From Anaeroplasmataceae bacterium (lineage in GTDB: Bacteria > Bacillota_I > Bacilli_A > Acholeplasmatales > Anaeroplasmataceae): a stretch of 64,000 nucleotides of DNA. Shown one piece after another: positions 55,228 through 64,000 of the stretch (positions are counted from its first letter, which is position 1; every line of letters starts with the position of its first letter). Where the stretch lies: assembly GCA_020025015.1 (NCBI GenBank), contig JAHHSV010000002.1, positions 577 through 64,576 of the forward strand, in the 5' to 3' direction. The notes under the pieces were generated by a model. It was not told the DNA's origin, did not search any database, and was given only the letters and a program-made list of their open reading frames with translations. The position numbers and the translations under genes are program-made.

Positions 55228-57836
55228 TATTTTAAATATTCCTTAACCTTTTCTAATGCCTCTGCAAGCTTTGATACATCCTTACCACCAGCTTGGGCTA
55301 AATCAGGCTTACCACCGCCGCCGCCACCAGTAATCTTTGTTGCAACCTTGATAGTTTCAACGGCATTATAATTGCCCTTAGCATAGCAAACAAAGGTAAT
55401 ATTAGTTTCATTGTTATATGCTAAGAATACTAAATCTAGATTAAAGTTATTTGCTAGAGTCTTAGCAATTTCCTTTAATAAATTCTTATCAACATCCTTA
55501 ATTTCCATAACAAGCTTGTTATTTTCAATTAAAGCCTCATATTTATTTAAATCAGCCATAGTATTACTCTTTAAGGCATCATTAATTTCTTTTTCTAAGC
55601 TATGTAATTCTGCTTGAGTATTAGCTAAAGCCTCTCTTAAATCTAAAACGAAGCGGTAACCCTTAGATGTAGGCTTTACAAATTTAACATTGTTAGTAAC
55701 CTCAATGCCCTTTGCCTTAGCATCACTAGCTAATTTAGCAGCCTTCTTTTCTAATTGGTAGCCTTCGCTAATAGAATTTGCTAAAGCTTCAACTAAAATT
55801 TCATTTGCATCACTAGATGTTGAACCAGTAATTCTAAAGATACCAGAACCAATTGATTCATAGCTAATAATTTCAAAGTCCTCTAATAAACCTGTATGGC
55901 TAACGTGAGTACCACCACAAAATTCCTTAGAAACCTCCATATTAACAACACGAACCATATCGCCGTATTTTTCACCGAATAAAGCCATAGCACCTAGCTT
56001 ACGAGCCTCTTCAATTGGCATAATTCTAATATCAACCTTATGATCTTCCTTAATAAATCTATTTACCTCATCCTCAATTTGAATGATTTCAGCATCAGTT
56101 AAAGCATTGTAGTTATTAAAGTCAAAACGAACAAACTTATCATTTACCTGTTGACCTTGTTGGTGAACATGATCACCTAATACATCCTGTAAAGCCTTTT
56201 GTAATAAGTGAGCACCAGAGTGATTTTTCATAACATGCTCACGATAATTTGCATCAACAATTGCCTTTACCTTATCATTAACCTTAAATGGATTTTCTTC
56301 TAAAGCATGTAGGGTTTGACCATTTGGCATTTTAATTACATCAATAACATTAATACCATTAATAATACCCTTATCACAAACCTGACCACCGCTTGTAGCA
56401 TAGAAAGGAGTTTCATCTAAAACAATTGCATTATCAAATACTGCAATTACCTTAGCTTCACATTCTAAGGTCTCATAGCCAACAAACTTAGATTCTTCCT
56501 TGAAGTTAAGGAAGGCTTCATTTTGACCACCCATTGATTGAATATCCTTACGGCTATTACGAGCTCTTTCCTTTTGACGCTCCATTGCAGCCTTAAAGCC
56601 CTCAACGTCAACCTTTACACCATGATCTTCAGCATATTCCATAGTTAATTCTAATGGGAAGCCATAGGTATCATATAATAAGAAAGCATCATCACCAGAT
56701 AAGATTTCCTTACCCTCTAGCATTTCTGCTAAACGCTTCTCACCAACTGTTAGAGTTTGTAAGAATTTAACCTCTTCGTTATTAATAATTTGCTTAACAA
56801 TATCAACCTTTTCAGCTAGATATGGATAATAATCATTCATAATTTCAATTACAACATCAACTAAATCAGACATAAATGGCTTATCAATACCTAAGGTCTT
56901 AGCATATTTCATAGCACGACGTAAAACACGACGTAAAACATAACCACGGCCTTCATTTGATAGAGTAGCACCATCAGCTACGGCAAAGGTTACAGTTCTT
57001 ACATGATCTGCGATAACCTTAAAGGCCATTTGGCCATCATACTTAACCTTGCTGATTTCTTCAACCTTTTTAATAATTGGCATGAATAAGTCAGTATCAT
57101 AGTTAGTATCAACGCCTTGCATTACACAGCATAATCTTTCTAGACCACAGCCTGTATCAATGTTTTTAGAAGGTAATTCCTTATATTCATCACGAGGAAC
57201 GCCTATCTTTGAATTGTATTGACTAAATACGATATTCCAAATCTCGATAAAACGGTCATTTTCAATATCCTTTTCAATTAATTCCTTACCACGCTTATCA
57301 TATTTCTCGCCACGGTCATAAAACATTTCTGTATCAGGTCCACAAGGGCCTTCACCAATTTCCCAGAAATTTGATTCTAGAGGAATTAAATGATTAGGAT
57401 CAATACCATTTTCAATCCATAAATCACGAGTTTCTAAATCATGATAATAATAAGTTATATAAAGCTTATCCTTAGAAAAGCCAAACCATTCATCACTGAA
57501 TAATAATTCACAGGCCCAAGGAATAACCTCTTTTTTGAAATAATCACCAATAGAGAAATTACCTAGCATTTCAAAGAAGGTATGGTGACGAGCAGTTCTA
57601 CCCACATTTTCAATATCATTTGTACGAATACATTTTTGGGCATTAGTAATTCTTGGGTTTAATGGAACCATTGTTCCATCAAAATATTTTTTAAGTGGTG
57701 TAACACCAGCATTTGTCCATAATAATGTTGGATCATTTTGTGGTACTAGGCTAGCTGATTTCTCAACATTATGACCCTTAGACTTAAAAAAGTCTAACCA
57801 CATTTGTCTTATTTGACTAGAGCTTAAATTTTTCAT
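55227..57836 (-). CDS. alaS: Alanine--tRNA ligase
   Basis: FFKSKGH, class II core RHHTFFEMLGNFS, editing-domain motifs HSGAHLL and CGGTHV, and C-terminal DHHA1 GGGGGKPDLAQAGG. Confidence 0.96.
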   Translation of the reverse strand: MKNLSSSQIRQMWLDFFKSKGHNVEKSASLVPQNDPTLLWTNAGVTPLKKYFDGTMVPLNPRITNAQKCIRTNDIENVGRTARHHTFFEMLGNFSIGDYFKKEVIPWACELLFSDEWFGFSKDKLYITYYYHDLETRDLWIENGIDPNHLIPLESNFWEIGEGPCGPDTEMFYDRGEKYDKRGKELIEKDIENDRFIEIWNIVFSQYNSKIGVPRDEYKELPSKNIDTGCGLERLCCVMQGVDTNYDTDLFMPIIKKVEEISKVKYDGQMAFKVIADHVRTVTFAVADGATLSNEGRGYVLRRVLRRAMKYAKTLGIDKPFMSDLVDVVIEIMNDYYPYLAEKVDIVKQIINNEEVKFLQTLTVGEKRLAEMLEGKEILSGDDAFLLYDTYGFPLELTMEYAEDHGVKVDVEGFKAAMERQKERARNSRKDIQSMGGQNEAFLNFKEESKFVGYETLECEAKVIAVFDNAIVLDETPFYATSGGQVCDKGIINGINVIDVIKMPNGQTLHALEENPFKVNDKVKAIVDANYREHVMKNHSGAHLLQKALQDVLGDHVHQQGQQVNDKFVRFDFNNYNALTDAEIIQIEDEVNRFIKEDHKVDIRIMPIEEARKLGAMALFGEKYGDMVRVVNMEVSKEFCGGTHVSHTGLLEDFEIISYESIGSGIFRITGSTSSDANEILVEALANSISEGYQLEKKAAKLASDAKAKGIEVTNNVKFVKPTSKGYRFVLDLREALANTQAELHSLEKEINDALKSNTMADLNKYEALIENNKLVMEIKDVDKNLLKEIAKTLANNFNLDLVFLAYNNETNITFVCYAKGNYNAVETIKVATKITGGGGGGKPDLAQAGGKDVSKLAEALEKVKEYLK

Positions 57837-57886
57837 TGTGAAAACTCCCTCTTTTTTAGATATTTTTAGCTATAAAAGTCTATGAT

Positions 57887-57895
57887 ATTATACCA
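57887..57895 (-). promoter_or_regulatory. Candidate extended -10 promoter element for alaS
   Basis: The minus strand reads TGgTATAAT about 50 nt upstream of the alaS ATG. There is no convincing -35. Confidence 0.35.
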
Positions 57896-58039
57896 TAATT
57901 TAGAACTTTTGCACTAAATTTAGGCTATTTTTAATTATTTAAATTAAATAGTTTTAAAAAAACAATTTAAATTATATTTTTATCTTTAATTTGCCTATAT
58001 ATAATAGTGAAATAGTAAAATAAAATGGAGGAATTGTCT

Positions 58040-58258
58040 ATGACACTAGGTGAATTAATGTATCGCGCAAGAACTAAACTAAGATTAACTCAGAAAGAGA
58101 TAGCCAACCTTATGGCAATCTCTCAGGGCACATATTCTAGATTAGAAAGAAATCTACAAAATCCAACCCTTTATCAAATGATGCAAATAAGAATACATCT
58201 ACATATAAGCCTTGATAAATTTTTCGATAATATACCTACAAAAAATCGTATGGTGTAA
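58040..58258 (+). CDS. Small XRE-family HTH transcriptional regulator (72 aa)
   Basis: LRLTQKEIANLMAISQGTYSRLERNLQNPTLYQMMQIRIHLHISLDKFF is a complete HTH_3 domain. ATG 58040 has GGAGGA 7 nt upstream; the track start at 58025 lies inside that SD. Confidence 0.75.
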   Translation: MTLGELMYRARTKLRLTQKEIANLMAISQGTYSRLERNLQNPTLYQMMQIRIHLHISLDKFFDNIPTKNRMV

Positions 58259-60497
58259 TGCCATCAATATCTTCTTCTATACTAGAAAAGGCCGATAATG
58301 GATCATTGATGATTTTATTATTTTTAATATCATCCTGACCTAATAGACGAATTAAAGTTGTGTTACGTAAGCTTTCACGTAGCACAATTTTTTTATCTAG
58401 TAAGGAAATTTCACCAATAATAATTAGCTTTTCCTTAGCTCTGGTTATGGCAGTATAAATCAGCTTTTTCTTAAGCATTATTGAATAAGATTGAAATAAT
58501 GGTAGGATTACATTTTTATATTCCGAGCCCTGACTTTTATGAATACTAATAGCATAAGCTAAGGTAATATTTTCTAAATCCTTACGCTCAAGGCTTACAA
58601 TAGTACCATTGAAATCAGCCTTAATGATGTCTCTATCGTCAACCCTTAGAATCTCTAAAATATAACCGATATCACCATTCATAATTTGCTTTTCTGGATC
58701 ATTTTGAAGCTGTAATATCTTATCACCCTTATAAAATATTCTATCTCCACTCATTATGAATTTGTCATTTTTATTGTATTCTCTTTGAATAAAAGCATTA
58801 GTTTCATCAATACCAGCAAGGCCGGCATACATTGGAATCAAAACCTCAATATCATCAGGATTTCCTTCTGTTCTTTTAAAATAAGCGTCTAAAATTAGCT
58901 TAAGCCTATCCTGGAAGCCTTTAGAATCACTATTGTAATAGAAAACCTCTTTTTTAGTATTAAAAACACTACGATCAATTCTTTGATTTAAAACCATATT
59001 GGCAAGCTTAATAATATTACTATCCTTAACCTGACGCATAATTTCCTTAAGCCTAAATGTTCTAATTTTATCCGAATGAATCATATCATGTAAAAATTCA
59101 CCTGGTGAAACACTAGGAAGCTGATTTTCATCACCAATAAAGATGACTCTAGCCTTATTACTAATCGCATTAAGTAAAATGCTAGCTAGCTCAATATCAA
59201 TCATACTAGCCTCATCAATAATTATTAGGCTATATGGTAGCTTATTATGCATGTTAAAGCTAAAGCCACCATCAAAGGTATAGCCCAAGGCCTTATGAAT
59301 GGTTGAAGCTCCGTATTTAGTTGCCTCAGATAAACGCTTAGCCGCTCTACCTGTTGGAGCACATAACAATACCCCAAACTCATCACTATCTAAATCCTTA
59401 CCAATTAAGCAAGAATACATATATAATAAGCCCTTTACAATTGTTGTCTTACCTGTACCAGGTCCACCTGTAATAATCGCAATTTTTTCTTTAAATATTT
59501 CCTTTAAGGCCTCAGCCTGAAGAGCAGTATAGGTAATACTAAGCCTACCTTGAGAATAGCTATAGGCCTCCTCAATTTCTTTTTTACCAAAAGCCTTTGT
59601 TGGCTTTTCTTCTATTTCAATTAATCTTTTAGCCACATTTTCTTCAGCCAGAAATAAAGTCTTTGGATAGACTCTATTTTCCACATTGATTATTCTATTT
59701 TCTTTAACTAAAACAAAAATATTATCTCTTAATAAAGAAATCTTATCATTTTCAAATTGTAATAGTTTTAAGGTTGAAGAAATTAATTCATCTATCAAAA
59801 TAAAAACATGACCATTTTGATAGCACTCATTATTTAAATTATAAATTAAAGCTTCTTTAATTCTAATTGCATCTGTCTTTTTAAAGCCCATCTCTAAAGC
59901 AATTTTATCGCACTTTAAAAAACCAAAGCCTGCACAATCATAAATCAAGAAATAAGGATTTTCCTTAATTCGGTCTAAAATGGTCATACCATAATTTTCA
60001 AAAAGCTTATAGACCATACGACTAGTTAAGCCATAACTATAAAGCTCAACAAAAATTTGATCCTGCTTGTGATTAGCCTTTAAGGTTTCAATAAGAATTT
60101 TCTTCTTAGCTTTATTAAGTTTTTTAATAGAGTCTAAAGAGCCTTCATCCTCTAAAATTTTATTAATTGCATCTAGGCCTAAAGCATCAACAATTTCTGT
60201 AGCGATTGCCTTACCAATCCCCTTAAATTTATCACTCGATAAATAGCTGATTAACCCCTCATAATTGCTCTCAACTAAGGTAACCCTAGAAGCATAAAAC
60301 TGATGACCATATTTAATATGCTCCTTATAATAGCCCTCAAAAAGATAAGTCAAGCCCTCCTCTAAGGGCTGAAAGCTTCCGCTTACAACTATCGACCTTT
60401 CAGTTTTTAAATCCTTAACTAAAATTACCTTAAATAAAGAATCAGCACTTTCAAAAATTGTCTGCTTAAATGTAGCCTTTATTGACTCATTTTCCAT
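58236..60497 (-). CDS. recD2: RecD2-type SF1B ATP-dependent DNA helicase (YrrC-like)
   Basis: N-terminal HhH region, Walker A ITGGPGTGKTT, IIDEASM, GDENQLPSV and SIHKSQGSE motifs. Position between mnmA and alaS matches Bacillus. Confidence 0.88.
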   Translation of the reverse strand: MENESIKATFKQTIFESADSLFKVILVKDLKTERSIVVSGSFQPLEEGLTYLFEGYYKEHIKYGHQFYASRVTLVESNYEGLISYLSSDKFKGIGKAIATEIVDALGLDAINKILEDEGSLDSIKKLNKAKKKILIETLKANHKQDQIFVELYSYGLTSRMVYKLFENYGMTILDRIKENPYFLIYDCAGFGFLKCDKIALEMGFKKTDAIRIKEALIYNLNNECYQNGHVFILIDELISSTLKLLQFENDKISLLRDNIFVLVKENRIINVENRVYPKTLFLAEENVAKRLIEIEEKPTKAFGKKEIEEAYSYSQGRLSITYTALQAEALKEIFKEKIAIITGGPGTGKTTIVKGLLYMYSCLIGKDLDSDEFGVLLCAPTGRAAKRLSEATKYGASTIHKALGYTFDGGFSFNMHNKLPYSLIIIDEASMIDIELASILLNAISNKARVIFIGDENQLPSVSPGEFLHDMIHSDKIRTFRLKEIMRQVKDSNIIKLANMVLNQRIDRSVFNTKKEVFYYNSDSKGFQDRLKLILDAYFKRTEGNPDDIEVLIPMYAGLAGIDETNAFIQREYNKNDKFIMSGDRIFYKGDKILQLQNDPEKQIMNGDIGYILEILRVDDRDIIKADFNGTIVSLERKDLENITLAYAISIHKSQGSEYKNVILPLFQSYSIMLKKKLIYTAITRAKEKLIIIGEISLLDKKIVLRESLRNTTLIRLLGQDDIKNNKIINDPLSAFSSIEEDIDGITPYDFL

Positions 60498-61630
60498 TAA
60501 TATAATCTTTTTTCTTCCTTCATATAAACATCAGTAATAATGGCTCCACCAAGACAAATTTCGCCATCATATAATACAACAGCTTGACCTGGAGTAACCG
60601 CTCTAACTGGTTCTAAATAAATTACTTCCATCTTATTATCTGGTAATAATTTAACCTTAACATTTATATCACTTTGACGGTATCTAAACTTAGCCTGATA
60701 AACCTTATCTTCACGAGGAATATCATAAATAAAATTACAATCCTCAGCAAAGCAATGATCACTATAAAGATATGGATTATCGATTCCTTGACCAACAATA
60801 AGCTCGTTTTTCTTTAGGTTCTTTCCTAAAACAAACCAAGCATCATTATTGTACTCATTAGAACCACCAATACCTAAGCCCTTACGCTGACCAATTGTAT
60901 AATACATTAAGCCATCATGTCTTGCTACAACCTTACCATCTAAAGTAACCATATTACCTGGTTTAGCTGGTAAATAGTTTTGTAAGAACTTCTTAAAGTT
61001 TCTTTCACCGATAAAGCAAATTCCGGTTGAATCCTTTTTCTTAGCTGTCGCAAGATTATTTTCTAAAGCTATTTCTCTTACTTCCTTCTTAGTTAAATCA
61101 CCAACTGGGAATAAGGAATGCTTTAATTGGTCCTGTCTAAGCATACATAAGAAATAGGTTTGATCCTTATTAGAATCGACACCTCTTAATAAAATTGAAT
61201 GATCAGGATAATGCTTAACCCTAGCATAGTGACCCATAGCTATATAGTCAGCTCCTAGCCTTTCTGCTTCCTTTAAGAAGGCATCAAACTTAATATATTT
61301 ATTACACATAATGTCAGGATTTGGCGTTCTCCCCTTCTTATATTCATTTAAGAAATAAGTGAAAACATTATCCCAATATTCACCTATAAAATCAATACGA
61401 TGTAATTTAATACCACATTCCTCTGCCACCTTTTCAGCATCCTGAAAATCACGCTCCTGTGGGCATACATCATCATTTAAATCTGGATTACCTAAAATAT
61501 CATTGTTAGTAGCACTATCCCAATTACGCATAAACATGCCCTCAACCTCATAGCCTTGCTTTAGTAATTCAATTATCGCAACACTACTATCAACACCACC
61601 AGATAATCCCAATATAACCTTCTTACCCAT
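60497..61630 (-). CDS. mnmA: tRNA-specific 2-thiouridylase MnmA
   Basis: PP-loop [18 protein letters not shown], and [12 protein letters not shown] 61630 (MGKKVILGL.., GGTGGT upstream) is preferred to 61654. Confidence 0.93.
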   Translation of the reverse strand: MGKKVILGLSGGVDSSVAIIELLKQGYEVEGMFMRNWDSATNNDILGNPDLNDDVCPQERDFQDAEKVAEECGIKLHRIDFIGEYWDNVFTYFLNEYKKGRTPNPDIMCNKYIKFDAFLKEAERLGADYIAMGHYARVKHYPDHSILLRGVDSNKDQTYFLCMLRQDQLKHSLFPVGDLTKKEVREIALENNLATAKKKDSTGICFIGERNFKKFLQNYLPAKPGNMVTLDGKVVARHDGLMYYTIGQRKGLGIGGSNEYNNDAWFVLGKNLKKNELIVGQGIDNPYLYSDHCFAEDCNFIYDIPREDKVYQAKFRYRQSDINVKVKLLPDNKMEVIYLEPVRAVTPGQAVVLYDGEICLGGAIITDVYMKEEKRLY

Positions 61631-61634
61631 TTTA

Positions 61635-63491
61635 TTACCACCTTTTAATATCACTTGGCAAACGTAAATCGCTTCGGCTTGACAAGCTTATATTTAAAAC
61701 CTTAACTCCATCAGGTAATGCCTGACGCTTAAACTGCTGTGTAAAGAATCTAAAGAAGAAATTATTTAAGTATTTTTTAACCTCTTCCTCACCTAAATTA
61801 AAGGCAAGCTTTAATAAATATGCTAAACGCTCCTTGCTATCACCACAAGCTAAATAACGATATAAAATAAAATCATTTATCTCATATTTACCAATGCTAT
61901 CCTCTGTCTTTTGATCACTACCTAAAAGCTCAGGTGAAATTGGTGTATCAATAATATCAGCTAAGGTCTCATTAATATCCTTAAATTTAGTCATTCCATA
62001 ATACTTAATCATAAATCTTACTAAGGTCTTAGGAATTCCTGCATTAATACCATACATACTCATTTGATCACCATTATAGGTACACCAGCCTAAGGCAAGC
62101 TCACTCATATCACCTGTACCTAAAACTAAGCCATTATACTTATTAGCTAAATCCATTAGGATTAAGGTTCTAATACGAGCCTGAGCATTTTCATAGGTTA
62201 CATCCTTTAAATTAATATCATGATCAATTAATTTAAAATGCTCAATTACACTATTTTCAATTGGCTTTACTAAAACTGTTAAGCCTAATTTTTCCATCAT
62301 CGCCATCGCATTACCCTTAGTACGCTCAGAGGTACCAAGACCAGGCATTGTAACAGCAATAATGCCCTTTAAATCTAAATTTAAATGCTTAAATGCTTCT
62401 ACGGCAACTAATAGGGCAAGGGTACTATCAAGACCACCACTAACCCCAATAACTAAATGCTTCATACCAGTATGCTTTAATCTCTTACATAATGCATATT
62501 CCTGAATTGCACTTATTTCTAAGAAAGCATCCATCTCATTAGCATTTGGTACAAATGGTAAAATATTAAATCTATTTTCAAACTCATATTCTAAGCTTTC
62601 CTCTAGCTCGAAGCCTACCTCATTGATATTTGCATCAATTGCTAGGCTATCGTGTAAATTAGTTTGCTTACGACGAGTATAATTAATCATATCTAAATCA
62701 ATATCAGCTGTCATAATCTTAGAATCTAAGGTTATTTCCTTGCTTTCCTTTACTAATTCACCATTTAAAGCAATTATATTGTGACCAGAATAAACAGTTT
62801 CACTGCTTGATTCAGATGCGCCAGATGATACATAAATATACGCACCACAATTTCTCCTAGAGTTATCTAAGACCGCATTACGGCGAATCTCACTCTTACC
62901 TAGAATTGCATTTGAGGCACTTAAATTAATAATCATATTAGCTCCATTAATTGCTAAAATATTACCTGGAGTAATAGTTGACCACATATCCTCACAAAGC
63001 TCAATACCGAAGTGAATATTATGCCTATTATCACTAAAAATAATATTGCCAAATGGATAGCTCTTACCATTAATTAAAATACTATCATGGCTAAAGTTTA
63101 AGGCTGACTTAAACCATCTTTTTTCACTAAATTCATTTGTATTTGGTAAGGTTCTTTTAGGCACCACACCTAAAATATCATTGTCCTTAATAACTAAGGC
63201 TGTATTTACTAATGAGCCTTCAAATATTAAAGGTGCTCCAATTATAACTAAGCCCTTATTTTTATTATGCTTTAAAAAATAAGCAATAGCTAAATAGGTA
63301 TCATCAATTAATAAACGTTGATAAAATAAATCACCACAGCTATAGCCAGTTAAGGCTAATTCAGGAAATACCGTAATGCTTGCCTTTGATTCATTAGCAA
63401 GCTTAGCTATCTCTTTAACATTAAAGCTAGGATTACCTACCTCTAGGGTAGGTGTAACACAAGAAACCTTGATAAAACCATTTTTTAACAT
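61635..63491 (-). CDS. nadE: Glutamine-dependent NAD+ synthetase (CN-hydrolase glutaminase domain + NAD synthetase domain)
   Basis: N-terminal nitrilase-type triad context ([18 protein letters not shown]) and C-terminal PP-loop GVSGGLDST. 618 aa. Confidence 0.88.
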   Translation of the reverse strand: MLKNGFIKVSCVTPTLEVGNPSFNVKEIAKLANESKASITVFPELALTGYSCGDLFYQRLLIDDTYLAIAYFLKHNKNKGLVIIGAPLIFEGSLVNTALVIKDNDILGVVPKRTLPNTNEFSEKRWFKSALNFSHDSILINGKSYPFGNIIFSDNRHNIHFGIELCEDMWSTITPGNILAINGANMIINLSASNAILGKSEIRRNAVLDNSRRNCGAYIYVSSGASESSSETVYSGHNIIALNGELVKESKEITLDSKIMTADIDLDMINYTRRKQTNLHDSLAIDANINEVGFELEESLEYEFENRFNILPFVPNANEMDAFLEISAIQEYALCKRLKHTGMKHLVIGVSGGLDSTLALLVAVEAFKHLNLDLKGIIAVTMPGLGTSERTKGNAMAMMEKLGLTVLVKPIENSVIEHFKLIDHDINLKDVTYENAQARIRTLILMDLANKYNGLVLGTGDMSELALGWCTYNGDQMSMYGINAGIPKTLVRFMIKYYGMTKFKDINETLADIIDTPISPELLGSDQKTEDSIGKYEINDFILYRYLACGDSKERLAYLLKLAFNLGEEEVKKYLNNFFFRFFTQQFKRQALPDGVKVLNISLSSRSDLRLPSDIKRW

Positions 63492-64000
63492 TTCTTCACC
63501 TCATACAAATTATTTTCTAAAATATAATCATAAACGGAAGGTATTAACCATTCCTTATATTTTTCTACATCTTCTCTTATTTTAGTTGATGAAATTAAAG
63601 AATTCATTTCTAACACCTTAATATTTTCCTTGAATTCCTTAAACACCCCTAAATTTATCTTGTCTGTTGGTCTTTTAAAGCAAATAAACTTAAATTCCTT
63701 AATAAGCTTATCATAATTAATCCATAAAGGCATTTGACTTAAATTGTCACTACCAATAACGAAATATATATCACTATCATATTTCTTAAAGCTAGTTAAA
63801 AGCTCATAGGTACCCTTATACTCACCATTAGTCATCTCATAATCACTAATTAAAAGCTCAGGAAATTCTAGTCTTAGCATATCCATACGATATTTATCCT
63901 CCACTAAATTATCCTTCCAGGTATAATTGGCTTTAGAAACTGGAACTATTACAATTTTAGCCTCTTTAAATTTTGATTTAAGCTTATCAACAAGCTCTAA
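63485..64000 (-). CDS. nadD: Nicotinate-nucleotide adenylyltransferase NadD, C-terminal part (5' end beyond nt 64000)
   Basis: The track starts this ORF at a GTG (63904). My translation shows the frame stays open to nt 64000 (LELVDKLKSKFKEAKIVIVPVSKANYTWKDNLVEDKYRMDML..). Other features are the FVIGSDNL motif, ISSTKIRE, and a 7-nt overlap with nadE. Confidence 0.75.
   Translation of the reverse strand, partial: LELVDKLKSKFKEAKIVIVPVSKANYTWKDNLVEDKYRMDMLRLEFPELLISDYEMTNGEYKGTYELLTSFKKYDSDIYFVIGSDNLSQMPLWINYDKLIKEFKFICFKRPTDKINLGVFKEFKENIKVLEMNSLISSTKIREDVEKYKEWLIPSVYDYILENNLYEVKKC

Noticed and set aside
57837-58024. Possible T-box leader upstream of alaS, which is common for aminoacyl-tRNA synthetase genes in Bacillota.
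   Set aside because: The leader is under 200 nt and extremely AT-rich. It lacks the conserved T-box sequence (AAnnnGGTGGTACCGCG, which would appear as CGCGGTACCACC on the plus strand). It has no terminator/antiterminator hairpin before the ATG.
779-63585. All plus-strand ORFs of 60-131 aa that lie inside minus-strand genes: 779-982, 6096-6305, 8291-8476, 9649-9903, 16812-17042, 18957-19169, 21643-21843, 28687-28875, 31928-32125, 32231-32626, 35286-35516, 40289-40474, 45382-45630, 47071-47295, 47407-47688, 47857-48183, 54418-54669, 55411-55617, 59299-59520, 63376-63585. Also the minus-strand ORFs 30098-30295 (antisense to rpmB), 49369-49596 (antisense to rpsT) and 34613-34804 (out of frame inside miaA).
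   Set aside because: Each is fully nested antisense or out of frame within a gene that has unambiguous family motifs. Their translations are low-complexity (S/L/I/K/F-rich), as expected from the reverse strand of AT-rich coding DNA. None has a convincing SD, and none shows a recognisable motif.
1-64000. Search for CRISPR arrays, tRNA/rRNA genes, IS elements, integrases, prophage or defence-island genes (restriction-modification, Abi, CBASS-like, toxin-antitoxin pairs).
   Set aside because: No regularly spaced direct repeats were seen. No intergenic space is long enough for an array or rRNA, and I noticed no cloverleaf-like GC-rich segments. No ORF has transposase, integrase, nuclease-NTPase or methyltransferase-endonuclease pairing. 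The only helicases (RecG, RecD2) are in their conserved housekeeping contexts.

Overview
AT-rich (not computed), densely packed chromosomal core segment of a low-GC Bacillota/Mollicutes-like bacterium. It uses the standard code: TGA serves as a stop, for example at the MATE gene end 8682 and the permease end 14922. I support 53 protein-coding genes, 47 of them on the minus strand. I found no rRNA, tRNA, CRISPR array, transposase, integrase or prophage signature; intergenic spaces are all under 300 nt.

Gene order largely follows blocks I recall from Bacillus subtilis:
- dnaE
- csoR-copA
- plsX-rnc-dnaD-nth
- rpmB | fakA(yloV)-recG
- efp, aroQ, aroK, miaA-mutL-mutS
- ymcA-like-miaB-ymdB-rny
- recA-pgsA
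- rpsT | holA-comEC-comEA
- trmR-DUF1292-ruvX-alaS
- recD2-mnmA-nadE-nadD

These blocks look contracted, with FASII, cell-wall and sporulation genes missing from their usual slots.

Non-core content worth a second look:
1. An HTH-TPR (RRNPP-like) regulator 4 nt upstream of a multi-Ig membrane-anchored surface protein.
2. A copA ORF carrying an in-frame C-terminal CopZ-like domain that keeps its own Shine-Dalgarno sequence and ATG.
3. A TetR-flanked operon in which an MMPL/RND-type transporter overlaps a 1104-aa GLUG-repeat surface protein.
4. A 686-aa tail-anchored protein with HeH/Rho-N-like motifs sitting where cotE sits in Bacillus.
5. A DUF1292 protein with a 12-Cys metallothionein-like tail.
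6. A small XRE regulator convergently overlapping recD2.

All family assignments rest on motif recognition by eye and remembered synteny. No database search or computation was run. I see no clear-cut complete novel system such as a defence island; the items above are the best candidates.
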